Source of the DNA: a virus
Taxonomy: Duplodnaviria; Caudoviricetes
Direction: 5' to 3' (one strand)
Length of the DNA: 24,521 bases
Virus record (IMG/VR): IMGVR_UViG_3300027874_000158
Coordinates: 1-24,521 of that record
In this document: one piece after another, positions 15,698 to 23,767 of the stretch
How positions within the stretch are numbered: the stretch's first letter is position 1
How the letters are laid out: each line of letters opens with the position of its first letter
Made by a program: the position numbers and the translations under genes
Notes under the pieces: generated by a model
Seen by the model: the letters and a program-made list of their open reading frames with translations, nothing else
Database searches by the model: none
Told to the model about the DNA's origin: nothing

Positions 15698-16701
15698 CCG
15701 ATCGGTGGTGGGAGAAAGACATCCCCAAGGCGGGTGGTGACGCGCCGACTGCAGGCGGGACGGATGATCAGTGGTGGAAGAAGGACAAGCCCGCTGAGCA
15801 GGCGGCTGGGACGCCATGGTATGGGCAGATCGGCCGAGGCCTTGCGCGCGGCGTGGCAGGGCTTGCCACAAGTGTTGAGGACATCATGCCGAGCACCGGG
15901 ATCCTCGGCGGTGCGTTGCCAGGGCTTCCAGAGGATGTTGTTAAAACCCGACAGCAGGCGAGCGGTGAGCTACGCAAGTTCGCCAACGCACCGGCGGAGG
16001 GACCGCTCGAATCCGGAGGTCGGCTCGTTGGTCAGATTGCGCCGACGTTGCTCATCCCTGGTATCGGCGCAACATCAGCGCTGGGTAGTCTGGCCGAGCG
16101 CGCCGCGATCGGTGGCATCGCTGGCGGGCTGCAGCCAACTGAGGCTGGCACAGCCGCGAGCCATATCCCTGGTGCAGTCGGTGGCGCAGCGACGGCCGGA
16201 ATGCTGCGTGGTGCGACCGAGCTAGGCGGCTTAGCGCTGCAGCAGCTCAGCAAGGTTGGCGGGCGGGGCGTCGTTGGCCGAGGCATGCGTCACGTTTTTC
16301 TCACTTCGCCCTTGGCTGGGATCATCCACAAAACGACCGGCCTAGGGTGGGCGTACTCGCTGCCGATCGCCGCCGCCATGGTCGAGGGCGGGATGTCATA
16401 CGGCGCAGCGCGCAGAGCCTTTGGGCCAGGAGCTGGCGCGGGACGCCAAACCACAGCAGGGGCAGCTATTGGACGCTTGGCCGGTGGCGCGGCTGGAGCA
16501 ATCGCAGGAGGTGGTAATGGCCAAGAACCCCGACAAGCCCCTCGAAGTACGCCTGCACAAGCAGATCGGCAAACTACTGGACGATCTGGAGACGGAAGAA
16601 ATAGAAATAACTTTCCCACAGCGGCTGAACGCTTTGATCGCCGTTGGTCGGCTCTTGGGGATCTTCAGTCAGCTCAGAGCGAGGAGCGCGAAACTAGATG
16701 A
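15694..16701 (+). CDS. Gly/Ala-rich hydrophobic putative ejection protein, 335 aa
   Basis: ATGA coupling; duplicated N-terminal DxWWxKD motif; GxxxG-rich helices. Confidence 0.65.
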   Translation: MTDRWWEKDIPKAGGDAPTAGGTDDQWWKKDKPAEQAAGTPWYGQIGRGLARGVAGLATSVEDIMPSTGILGGALPGLPEDVVKTRQQASGELRKFANAPAEGPLESGGRLVGQIAPTLLIPGIGATSALGSLAERAAIGGIAGGLQPTEAGTAASHIPGAVGGAATAGMLRGATELGGLALQQLSKVGGRGVVGRGMRHVFLTSPLAGIIHKTTGLGWAYSLPIAAAMVEGGMSYGAARRAFGPGAGAGRQTTAGAAIGRLAGGAAGAIAGGGNGQEPRQAPRSTPAQADRQTTGRSGDGRNRNNFPTAAERFDRRWSALGDLQSAQSEERETR

Positions 16702-16885
16702 CCCAGGTCGAGCCGGCTCCGCAGTCCGAGCCTACACCGAAGCGTTCCAGATCTCCGATGCAAGTCGTCGCCGAACGGTCGACACCGGACAGCCCGCAGA
16801 GGCTGGAGGGGACAACGGCCTGGGAGGCGTTGACCCCTTCACCTCCGAAGACGACGACGAGCCCGACTGGACCAAGCCCGACTGA
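16517..16885 (+). CDS. Hypothetical protein, 122 aa, fully overlapped by its neighbours
   Basis: Strong SD AGGAGGT before ATG 16517; amphipathic helical sequence (LHKQIGKLLDDLE; QRLNALIAVGRLL). Confidence 0.75.
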   Translation: MAKNPDKPLEVRLHKQIGKLLDDLETEEIEITFPQRLNALIAVGRLLGIFSQLRARSAKLDDPGRAGSAVRAYTEAFQISDASRRRTVDTGQPAEAGGDNGLGGVDPFTSEDDDEPDWTKPD

Positions 16886-17096
16886 TCGAGCGTGGCGTGC
16901 CGGCATCCTGGGCGCGGTCAATGTCCTGGCGCTCGTGCTGTCGGGGAGGCTTCTGGTCCTAGTCGCGGTCGCCGGCGCAATCTTCCTGACTTGGCTGGCA
17001 CTGGCGAACCCGGATCCCTACCGGCTGGCGGCGCTGGGGATCTACTGCCTACTAGCGGTCGTCCCGTGCGTCTACCTTGCGAGCCAGGGGCGGTAG
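16698..17096 (+). CDS. Membrane protein with 2-3 C-terminal TM segments (holin-like candidate)
   Basis: Hydrophobic runs ILGAVNVLALVL, LLVLVAVAGAIFLTWLAL, LAALGIYCLLAVVPCVYLA; ATG at 16698 (ATGA overlap) or 16758; last gene of the operon. Confidence 0.65.
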   Translation: MTQVEPAPQSEPTPKRSRSPMQVVAERSTPDSPQRLEGTTAWEALTPSPPKTTTSPTGPSPTDRAWRAGILGAVNVLALVLSGRLLVLVAVAGAIFLTWLALANPDPYRLAALGIYCLLAVVPCVYLASQGR

Positions 17097-17120
17097 AAGA
17101 TCACATTTTACAGGGGCTTT

Positions 17121-17696
17121 TTAATCGTCTTCGGCGACACCGGCGGCAAAACGCCGTCTATGCCTTGCGGAGCACTTGTCGCTGCAAAATCGCTTGCTGC
17201 TGGGCGTGCGTTTCCCCTTGGTCCATTTTGGGATAATAGTCCCACATTCGAGACATCGGCGCTTCTCGGCAGGTTCTATCCCGACTTCAGCCATTGTAGC
17301 CCGATTCCGCTCTCGCTCGCTGCGTTTGCGCTCACACTCGGACGAGCAAAAGCGCAGGCCCTTGCTGTTGAACTCTTTATCGCATCCAGCACAGCGGATC
17401 AGAAATCCGGTTGCTGTCGACTGGATAGGCGTTCCATCCCGCCAGCGATAGACGATACGGGTTTGAGTTTCACCGCGCGCCCAAGCGGGTGCTCCGTTGT
17501 CATAAGCAGCGCGATGTTTGGGCGAGCAAAATCGACCATCTCGATACTTGCCTAAGACAATGCCACAGGCGAAACACCTGTCGAAAAAGCCCGCCCGTTG
17601 GGACGACTCATCGTCTCGCTTATTGGCATCATCGAGAAGTGCCTTAGCCAGTCTTTCTGTTCGGGTTCCCTTTGGCGGTTCGTGGGTAGGCGACAT
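17121..17696 (-). CDS. Protein with three CxxC...FCS zinc-finger-like modules
   Basis: CFAC..FCSPKH, CAGC..FCSSEC, CLEC..FCSDKC; SD GGAG before ATG 17696. Confidence 0.8.
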   Translation of the reverse strand: MSPTHEPPKGTRTERLAKALLDDANKRDDESSQRAGFFDRCFACGIVLGKYRDGRFCSPKHRAAYDNGAPAWARGETQTRIVYRWRDGTPIQSTATGFLIRCAGCDKEFNSKGLRFCSSECERKRSERERNRATMAEVGIEPAEKRRCLECGTIIPKWTKGKRTPSSKRFCSDKCSARHRRRFAAGVAEDD

Positions 17697-17895
17697 AGTG
17701 TGCTCCATATCCAATCGACTTGACGTGCATCGCTAGCTCGGACCCCCGGAAGGCCAGCAGCGGTCGCTTGGGGTCATATCCGGCCTCGACGAGGTGGCGG
17801 CACATGGCCAGGATCGGCGCCGGATGCTTCACCGTATGCCCCTCCGCGTGACAGAGATCACAGCCGACCACCGACGCGATGATGTCATCCTTCAT
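17644..17895 (-). CDS. Hypothetical protein, 83 aa
   Basis: ATG at 17895; LAMCRHLVEAGYDP..PL.AFRG...VKSIG resembles small proteins I recall from alphaproteobacterial mobile DNA (unverified). Confidence 0.65.
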   Translation of the reverse strand: MKDDIIASVVGCDLCHAEGHTVKHPAPILAMCRHLVEAGYDPKRPLLAFRGSELAMHVKSIGYGAHYVAYPRTAKGNPNRKTG

Positions 17896-17996
17896 GGAGG
17901 TTCCCCGTGTGGAGCCCAGAGCGAGCGTCGGACAGTCCCCACTACCCTTGACGCCGCGCCCTGGGCCCGTATGCCCTGCCATCCCACCCACAGGGC

Positions 17997-18668
17997 CTAC
18001 CCTGCCTGGAGGATATTAACCGCATCCGGCTCGTCCTGGGACGGGGGGGCCGCCACCGGGAGGAAGATCCCGTACTGGCGAGCCTTCACGACGTCGGACT
18101 CGAGCGTAGTCGTGAACGTAGCGAGCGCCTTGCGCAGACCCTCGATGTACTCAAAGTCGGGCAGCGTGCACATGTAGAACGGCGGGCAGCGCGGATGCCA
18201 CGCATAGAAGTGGACGCACTCATAATTGCCGACGAGGATCTGTCCTTGCACCTGCGGCCGGTAGTCAGTACCCAAGCCGTCGAGGTGGTAGCCGATCAGC
18301 GTATGCGCGTCGGGGCATTTGATCTCGACCGCCTCGGGCTTGCCACTGACGATTGCGTCGGGTGAGCACCCCGCTTTGAGTTGTTCGTTGAAGTAAAACC
18401 CGCCCTCGTCGAGGTCGTAGTAGTTCTCCCTAAACTGCCGTGCAGCGGCTGACTCGAGGAGCTTGCCGCGCTCCATCATCAAAACCTGAACCTCTTTCTC
18501 CGAGCTGATGCCGAGCAGTCGCTCGGCAATGAGCTGCAGCATGTATGTGCGTGTTGTCTCGGCCTTCGACGCTTTGCCGCCGGGGGTGAAGAGCTTGTGG
18601 AAATTCGATGCCGATGGCACGCCGAGCTTCGCGTCGTACCACTCTGGTGTCCCGTACGGGATGATCAT
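17997..18668 (-). CDS. YqaJ / lambda-exonuclease family 5'-3' exonuclease
   Basis: GTPEWYDAKLG..SAS, MERGKLLE, GCSPDA, EIKCP, YRPQVQGQ motifs; ATGA coupling to the ERF gene. Confidence 0.93.
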   Translation of the reverse strand: MIIPYGTPEWYDAKLGVPSASNFHKLFTPGGKASKAETTRTYMLQLIAERLLGISSEKEVQVLMMERGKLLESAAARQFRENYYDLDEGGFYFNEQLKAGCSPDAIVSGKPEAVEIKCPDAHTLIGYHLDGLGTDYRPQVQGQILVGNYECVHFYAWHPRCPPFYMCTLPDFEYIEGLRKALATFTTTLESDVVKARQYGIFLPVAAPPSQDEPDAVNILQAG

Positions 18669-19423
18669 TGCGGCTCCCTCCATTGCTGATCGCGTTTCTT
18701 CTTTTTTTCCTGCAGAGCGTTCACCAAGCGCGTGTAGTCGCGTTCGAGAATATCCTCGAGTTTATCCACCCCGCTGACCATGTTGGTCAGGAACCGCTTC
18801 ATGTCGGTGTTCGTGTCTTCGATCATCGTGTGCAGCACATTGCGCTGCCCGGCGTCGATCTTCTTCGCGCTGACATCGACCGCGTCAGTGTCCTCGCCCT
18901 TGCGCACAATGTTCAGCAGCAGCTCGGCGGTGTAGCGCTTACCGTAGCTAAGAGCGCCGCCGTAGGCCTGCAGCGCGTTGCGGCCAGGGCCTTGGTCCGG
19001 CGGGAGCTTGATACGCGAGGTCTTGCTGTAACTGCGATAGGCCAGCTCACCGATGACAAGCACAGCATCGGGTAGGTCTTGGCTAGAAAACGACAGCGAG
19101 AAGCCGTGCTCGGCCAGGATGGGCCTGATCACCTGATCCATGTCCTCCCACTTGGCGAAGCGATACTGGCCGAGGTGACGGCCGTCTTTGCTGACCAACT
19201 CGACAAGACCGTGCTTAGTCACCTGCGGGATCGCGAGCTGCATTCGCGAGAATGCTTCGTTGAATTGCTCGCGCGCCTGCGCCTCCATCACCTCGCGCCG
19301 CGCCTGCAGCACGACGGCGAGTTTCTCGGCCGATATTGCGGGATCAGTCATCGCCTGCATCAGCGCGTCGCCGAAGCTCTGCGCCGGTGCGGGCGGCGGC
19401 GTGTAGGCGGTAACATCATTCAT
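18665..19423 (-). CDS. erf: ERF family single-strand annealing protein
   Basis: YRFAKWED...PILAEHGFSLSF and QAYGGALSYGKRY...D-x-D signature; adjacent to the exonuclease. Confidence 0.9.
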   Translation of the reverse strand: MNDVTAYTPPPAPAQSFGDALMQAMTDPAISAEKLAVVLQARREVMEAQAREQFNEAFSRMQLAIPQVTKHGLVELVSKDGRHLGQYRFAKWEDMDQVIRPILAEHGFSLSFSSQDLPDAVLVIGELAYRSYSKTSRIKLPPDQGPGRNALQAYGGALSYGKRYTAELLLNIVRKGEDTDAVDVSAKKIDAGQRNVLHTMIEDTNTDMKRFLTNMVSGVDKLEDILERDYTRLVNALQEKKKKRDQQWREPQ

Positions 19424-20172
19424 TTTCGCGGGTCCACATAACAGTAGTCAGGGATTGGGTAGTCAACGGCGGGGTCATAGTTCAGCGGACACGATGGAGG
19501 ATGCGGATAGTGCCATCCATCCCAACGCTGATGCTCCCAGACAAGACACTCACCCTCCCAAGCCTGTTTGCAGCCCTTGGGCATGCGGTACACAACTCCG
19601 TCGTTGCCCACCATGGTGGACGGCTTGATCACCGGCGCGGCAAGCTCGTCCGGACCATACGGCGCGCTCTGCTTGAGCCAGCCGAGATCTTGAACCCAAT
19701 GTTTCCAGCGCTCCATGATTGCGCTGCCCGTCTCTGGCTTCTGGTCCGCAGCGTACCAACACGCAGGACGGTCAATGCCGTTCCGAGCTGCCAAACAGTA
19801 TTCGCCCATCAACACACCAAACGATGGACAGCTGGGGCAGAAGTGCATGCCCGCTTTCTCCATGCAGCTCATAAGACGTTGGTGGTGGGCATTCTCGTCG
19901 GGGTCCAGACCGGGATGCCCGTAGAGTCGAAACCAAATCGATGCAGGTGCCGATGGCGCGCCGCGCTCGGTTTCGTAGCACTCTTTGATCGCTTCGTTCT
20001 GGCGATCATAATTCGCGGCTAAACGCACTCGCGGCTTTTCGCGATAGCAGGCAACTGCAAAGCAGTGCGTGTCATATATTCGGCACGCGTCATCGCCGGT
20101 GAATCGCCTCGCGCACGACCCCGCATCGGCAGGCGTGGCGAGTAGGACGAGGAAGAGAATCAATCGCGACAT
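19420..20172 (-). CDS. Cys-rich putative exported protein, 250 aa
   Basis: Signal-peptide-like MSRLILFLVLLATPADA; many Cys; ATGA coupling to erf. Confidence 0.72.
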   Translation of the reverse strand: MSRLILFLVLLATPADAGSCARRFTGDDACRIYDTHCFAVACYREKPRVRLAANYDRQNEAIKECYETERGAPSAPASIWFRLYGHPGLDPDENAHHQRLMSCMEKAGMHFCPSCPSFGVLMGEYCLAARNGIDRPACWYAADQKPETGSAIMERWKHWVQDLGWLKQSAPYGPDELAAPVIKPSTMVGNDGVVYRMPKGCKQAWEGECLVWEHQRWDGWHYPHPPSCPLNYDPAVDYPIPDYCYVDPRK

Positions 20173-20363
20173 TTGGTTTGCCCCGTATCGATGTCGGAAT
20201 AACAGTGATGCTTGTTGTACCAAGCGGTGTATTCCGGCCAGCATCCATCAATCACCGTGACCGTGCGGAGATCTGGTGGCGTCCAGGGCTTTTTCAGTCC
20301 GCCGAGCGTTGCCGGCGGCGAGATGATGGCAAGAGCAAAAAGAAGGATGGCGGTCCTTGTCAT
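20160..20363 (-). CDS. Small putative exported protein, 67 aa
   Basis: Hydrophobic N-terminus MTRTAILLFALAIISPPA; three Cys; packed between its neighbours. Confidence 0.6.
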   Translation of the reverse strand: MTRTAILLFALAIISPPATLGGLKKPWTPPDLRTVTVIDGCWPEYTAWYNKHHCYSDIDTGQTKCRD

Positions 20364-20365
20364 GG

Positions 20366-20623
20366 CTATTTCCCATGTGTCCGAAGCATTCGCATGATCA
20401 GCTCAGATGCTTCATGCATAACCTGAGCTTCGTCGTTCCACTGCGCTCTGAGTTGCGCAATCATTTCACCTTGTTTGTTATGGTGGGCCTCGAGGGCGTC
20501 GAGCAGGTTCTCGATCGACGGCAGCGATGACTCGTCTTTCGGTGCCCACTTATGGAGCCTGAGTGTCTCCTCAAGCTTGCCCTCGATCTGCGCTAACGGG
20601 TCTGGGCGGTCACGGTCGGTCAT
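20366..20623 (-). CDS. Hypothetical helical protein, 85 aa
   Basis: SD AAGGA; coiled-coil-like sequence. Confidence 0.75.
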   Translation of the reverse strand: MTDRDRPDPLAQIEGKLEETLRLHKWAPKDESSLPSIENLLDALEAHHNKQGEMIAQLRAQWNDEAQVMHEASELIMRMLRTHGK

Positions 20624-20718
20624 GTGTGGTCCTTTCCACGGAATTTTGCGAACAGCTCGGCCAGCTCAGCGTTGGTCATCTTCTCAATGGGTCGGTCTTT
20701 TTCACGTCTATCTCAATA

Positions 20719-20757
20719 TTGACTTGTCCATTCTAGAGTTTACTGTGTGCCAGTCAA
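20719..20757. promoter_or_regulatory. Overlapping divergent sigma70-like promoters
   Basis: + strand TTGACT(20719)-N16-TACTGT; - strand TTGACT(20757)-N16-TAGAAT; located in the strand-switch gap before the HTH gene. Confidence 0.6.
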
Positions 20758-20772
20758 CCTTGAGGTGGACTT

Positions 20773-21069
20773 ATGCTAGACCCCCTACAGCTAGCCGATC
20801 GGCTTGTGGCATCGGCTCCAGATCTAGACACTCGGACCCTGGCAATCATGATCAGGATGCGGGTCAGCCTTCCGATGACCAAAGTTCTGGACAAGGTCCC
20901 AGGCGACGATATTCGGCAGAAGGCCAAGAAACTCAGGGTTTCCCGGCAGTCCCTTTATGATTGGCGCGATGGTAAGCAGCGGCCGCGGCTACGCCAGGCT
21001 GTCAAAATCGCCAAGGTCACCGGTTTTAAGGTTCACGAGATCGCGGGTGTTCCGGAAAAGGAAGAATGA
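20773..21069 (+). CDS. Cro/CI-like (XRE) HTH regulator
   Basis: AKKLRVSRQSLYDWRDGKQRP....AVKIAKVTG; SD GAGGTG. Confidence 0.88.
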   Translation: MLDPLQLADRLVASAPDLDTRTLAIMIRMRVSLPMTKVLDKVPGDDIRQKAKKLRVSRQSLYDWRDGKQRPRLRQAVKIAKVTGFKVHEIAGVPEKEE

Positions 21070-21614
21070 GGGTGGTGCTCGCGACAAAACCATTTGCCGC
21101 CGACACCAAACACGCCCAACTTGCTGCAGTGACAGTAGTGCGCGAAGCGCTTCTCGAACGGTCGAAAGATAACGTGCTCTAGCGAGCAGGCAACATTGTG
21201 CACGACTTTGCCGGTGTTGCCGTTCCGCGTTTCTGTAAAGTACCAGTGCTCGCGCGTCTTCGGTAATACCATCCCCATGGCCGCATAATCGGCGCTTAGC
21301 GCAATGTAAGCGTCAACGTTGTCGCCGAGACGGGCAACCCGCGCTTGGCTGTCAATAAAAAATTCGCGGAACGGCCAATCTGCCGCCGAAGTAAAATTGA
21401 TTGTGAGATGTTTGACCTCGACGAGCCGCCCATTGGACAGAAAAATATCGCCGTTGTCGGCGTACTCTTTGTGGACGTCGAAGCTCGGGGCGTAGCGAGT
21501 TTCAGGCACGGTCGCAGCTCTACCGTTCCAGCGCAGCCAATCGGCAACCGCATGCACTGCCGGCCGCGAGCGGTCGAGGCGCTCGAGGAATTGTTGGTGG
21601 TCAGGTTCTGTCAT
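21033..21614 (-). CDS. Putative PD-(D/E)xK nuclease-fold protein with C-terminal Cys/His cluster
   Basis: DNGDIF...VEVKH catalytic-like motif; HYCHC...WFCREH tail. Confidence 0.65.
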   Translation of the reverse strand: MTEPDHQQFLERLDRSRPAVHAVADWLRWNGRAATVPETRYAPSFDVHKEYADNGDIFLSNGRLVEVKHLTINFTSAADWPFREFFIDSQARVARLGDNVDAYIALSADYAAMGMVLPKTREHWYFTETRNGNTGKVVHNVACSLEHVIFRPFEKRFAHYCHCSKLGVFGVGGKWFCREHHPHSSFSGTPAIS

Positions 21615-21754
21615 CGACGAGATCGACGATGTCGCCGTTTCCCCCGACGAGCCGCCGCGTGCGCGATCGCGATGATCTGCCGGCGACTACGCGGCCTCGA
21701 GCCGTGGTGATATAACTCCCGAATGTTCTCACTGATGTTCGAGCCGAGCGGCAT
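21611..21754 (-). CDS. Small basic protein MPLGSNISENIRELYHHGSRPRSRRQIIAIAHAAARRGKRRHRRSRR (47 aa)
   Basis: Manual translation (not in track); ATGA coupling to 21614; MPL..ISENIRE...QxxAIA pattern recalled from small basic phage proteins; Arg-rich tail. Confidence 0.8.
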   Translation of the reverse strand: MPLGSNISENIRELYHHGSRPRSRRQIIAIAHAAARRGKRRHRRSRR

Positions 21755-21757
21755 GTC

Positions 21758-22840
21758 ATGCCCCTATTCAACGCACACGGAAGAGTATCATGGTTCGGCG
21801 GGCCAGAGGACACCGGCGTAAGTCCGAGCGAGGACCTCGCGTGGTTTGAGACTTGGGATCAGGTCGTCAACGCTGATGCCGAACATTTATTCCTGTCAGC
21901 CCAACCGCCAGGGACCTCAGGACTCGCCCGTCGCCTCAATCCGGAGACTCATTTTGTCGCCTGCAGATGGGACTACAGCACGACTCCGAAGAGCATGCTG
22001 AAGGACCAGCGCTACAAGGCGCGTGTCAGCGCCGGCGGTAAATCCTTTCTAGTGAGCCCAATCGATTGGGGTCCTCATGAAGAAGAAACCGGCCGCGCTG
22101 CCGACATCTCGAGCGGCCTCATGTCTGCACTCGGAATTTCAACTGATGACATCGTTGATGTCGAATATCCCTACGAGGAGCCAGTCGCCATGCGTATTGC
22201 AATGTCAAGCGGACACTCGACCAAGTGCCAAGGCGCAATCGGATACTTGAACGAAGTCGAGGAAGCGACTCGAGCTGTCGATCGCATCGCCGAGATCTGG
22301 AAAGAGAACGGCATCGAGTGCTGGACCTTCCACGATACGACATCAACAGATAGCTCAACTAACTTGAATAAAATCACCGACTGGCACAACTCGAGGCCCA
22401 CTCATGAGCTAGACGTTTCGGTCCACCTGAACGCCTATCAGAGCACTAGCAAGCCGATGGGCTGCGAATGTTTGTACGTCACGCAATCGAGCTTGGCGTC
22501 GAAAGTAGCAGCGGCAATGGCGGGTGCGCTTCAACTACCAAACAGAGGAGGGAAGTACAGAAATGACCTCTTCGTACTCAATCAAACAAACGCCCCCTGT
22601 GTGCTACTTGAATGTTGCTTCGTAGATAGCACTGCCGACGCCGATGCGTGGCGCGCTCGGTTCGAGGATTTTTGTTACCAGACTGCGAGCGCGATCGCTG
22701 GTCGAACCATGCAGCCACCTGATACTGAGCAGCCGCCGATCGAGCCGCCGCCGGTCGCAGTCGAGCAGGTTGTCGGTGTACATATCAGCGCGCCTCCAGG
22801 CGTGCGGGTGGACGTCGATATTGTCGAAACTCAGGGCTAG
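21758..22840 (+). CDS. Two-domain endolysin: RlpA-like double-psi beta-barrel plus Amidase_3 N-acetylmuramoyl-L-alanine amidase
   Basis: SWFG...DWGP..TGRAADIS (RlpA-like D-x-GP..GR..D-x-S); amidase motifs SSGH, NE, SVHLNA, LFVLNQT..PCVLLECCFVDS. Confidence 0.88.
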   Translation: MPLFNAHGRVSWFGGPEDTGVSPSEDLAWFETWDQVVNADAEHLFLSAQPPGTSGLARRLNPETHFVACRWDYSTTPKSMLKDQRYKARVSAGGKSFLVSPIDWGPHEEETGRAADISSGLMSALGISTDDIVDVEYPYEEPVAMRIAMSSGHSTKCQGAIGYLNEVEEATRAVDRIAEIWKENGIECWTFHDTTSTDSSTNLNKITDWHNSRPTHELDVSVHLNAYQSTSKPMGCECLYVTQSSLASKVAAAMAGALQLPNRGGKYRNDLFVLNQTNAPCVLLECCFVDSTADADAWRARFEDFCYQTASAIAGRTMQPPDTEQPPIEPPPVAVEQVVGVHISAPPGVRVDVDIVETQG

Positions 22841-22911
22841 AACCCGAACCTCGCCAACAATTTGGTCCCAGGCCGCACCGAACGGCGGCCGGAACAGGCG
22901 GTCGTAGAGCA

Positions 22912-23148
22912 TCAGAAACCTTTGCGTGTCTCCCGCTTACGAGCGTCAAGCTTCTCGGCCTCGGCAGCGTCCTTCTCCTGCCACGCCTTCACGCGCACCA
23001 CGTACTCGAGGAGCTTGCGCAATTGCTCCTCGTCCAGATAGATCGCGTTGCTGGTTCGCGGCGCGTGCAACGTGTAGTGCCAGCCGTCATGGCTGACATA
23101 AACGCCGCTCCCTAGCGGCACTTCCGGGTAACTGTCGCTCTTAGGCAT
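22912..23148 (-). CDS. Hypothetical protein, 78 aa
   Basis: SD GAGGAGG; LGSGVYVSHDG...IYLD pattern. Confidence 0.78.
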   Translation of the reverse strand: MPKSDSYPEVPLGSGVYVSHDGWHYTLHAPRTSNAIYLDEEQLRKLLEYVVRVKAWQEKDAAEAEKLDARKRETRKGF

Positions 23149-23341
23149 TGCGGTCCTCCTCCTCGGAATATTGGTCCATGAAAAACTCTGCGTTGAACTG
23201 ACCGCGCGATAGCGCGACCAGATCGCTCATAAACATCGTCAGATTGCCGGCGTGCGCCATGTGACTGATGTCCGGGCCCATAAACACTTTGCAGTGCGCG
23301 TGTTCGCCTTGTTGCCGGTAGAAAATGTGCAGCAGGATCAT
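23141..23341 (-). CDS. Hypothetical protein, 66 aa
   Basis: SD GAGGA; ATGA coupling. Confidence 0.72.
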   Translation of the reverse strand: MILLHIFYRQQGEHAHCKVFMGPDISHMAHAGNLTMFMSDLVALSRGQFNAEFFMDQYSEEEDRNA

Positions 23342-23586
23342 TTGTAGTCCTCGTCGGCGAGCGGGATCCCGGCCTCACGAAACAGCCGGCGGATGTTGTC
23401 CTGCGACCGCTTGATGTCCTGCTCGGTGAACGGCGCTTTACGCCACAGGCCTTTCGCATACTCATCGGCACGCCGGCGTCGCCACTTGCCCTCGTTGCAC
23501 TCGGCGCGTCCGCAGGTGATGTGGCCATCGAGCGCGTAGTCGCCGCAGCCTGGACAGCGCGGCCAGTTATCGGGGAATGCGGTCAT
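23338..23586 (-). CDS. Small Zn-finger-like protein (CPGC...CGRAEC), 82 aa
   Basis: SD GAGGAG before ATG 23586. Confidence 0.75.
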   Translation of the reverse strand: MTAFPDNWPRCPGCGDYALDGHITCGRAECNEGKWRRRRADEYAKGLWRKAPFTEQDIKRSQDNIRRLFREAGIPLADEDYK

Positions 23587-23767
23587 GTGGAATCTCCTCG
23601 ATCGTGTAGCTGTAGCACTCAACATTTCTGGGTGGTTGACCGTAAACGCGGGCAAGTGTTGCGCCCAACGATTTGCATTCTTTCTCGGAGTGAATGTGCG
23701 GCACAAACACCGTCACCGGATAATGCAGATGCACAATGAGAACCCAGGCGATCATTCGGTTTTCCAT
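23567..23767 (-). CDS. Small hypothetical protein with hydrophobic N-terminus and two Cys
   Basis: WVLIVHL...SEKEC...VEC; start at 23767 or 23755. Confidence 0.65.
   Translation of the reverse strand: MENRMIAWVLIVHLHYPVTVFVPHIHSEKECKSLGATLARVYGQPPRNVECYSYTIEEIPHDRIPR

Noticed and set aside
21601-21813. Track ORF of 70 aa on the - strand
   Set aside because: The alternative frame 21611-21754 has ATGA coupling and a far more protein-like sequence.
22604-22912. - strand ORF MLYDRLFRPP... coupled to 22912-23148
   Set aside because: The TGATG coupling is suggestive, but about three quarters of it lies antisense to the amidase domain; possibly a truncated remnant, not supportable as a gene.
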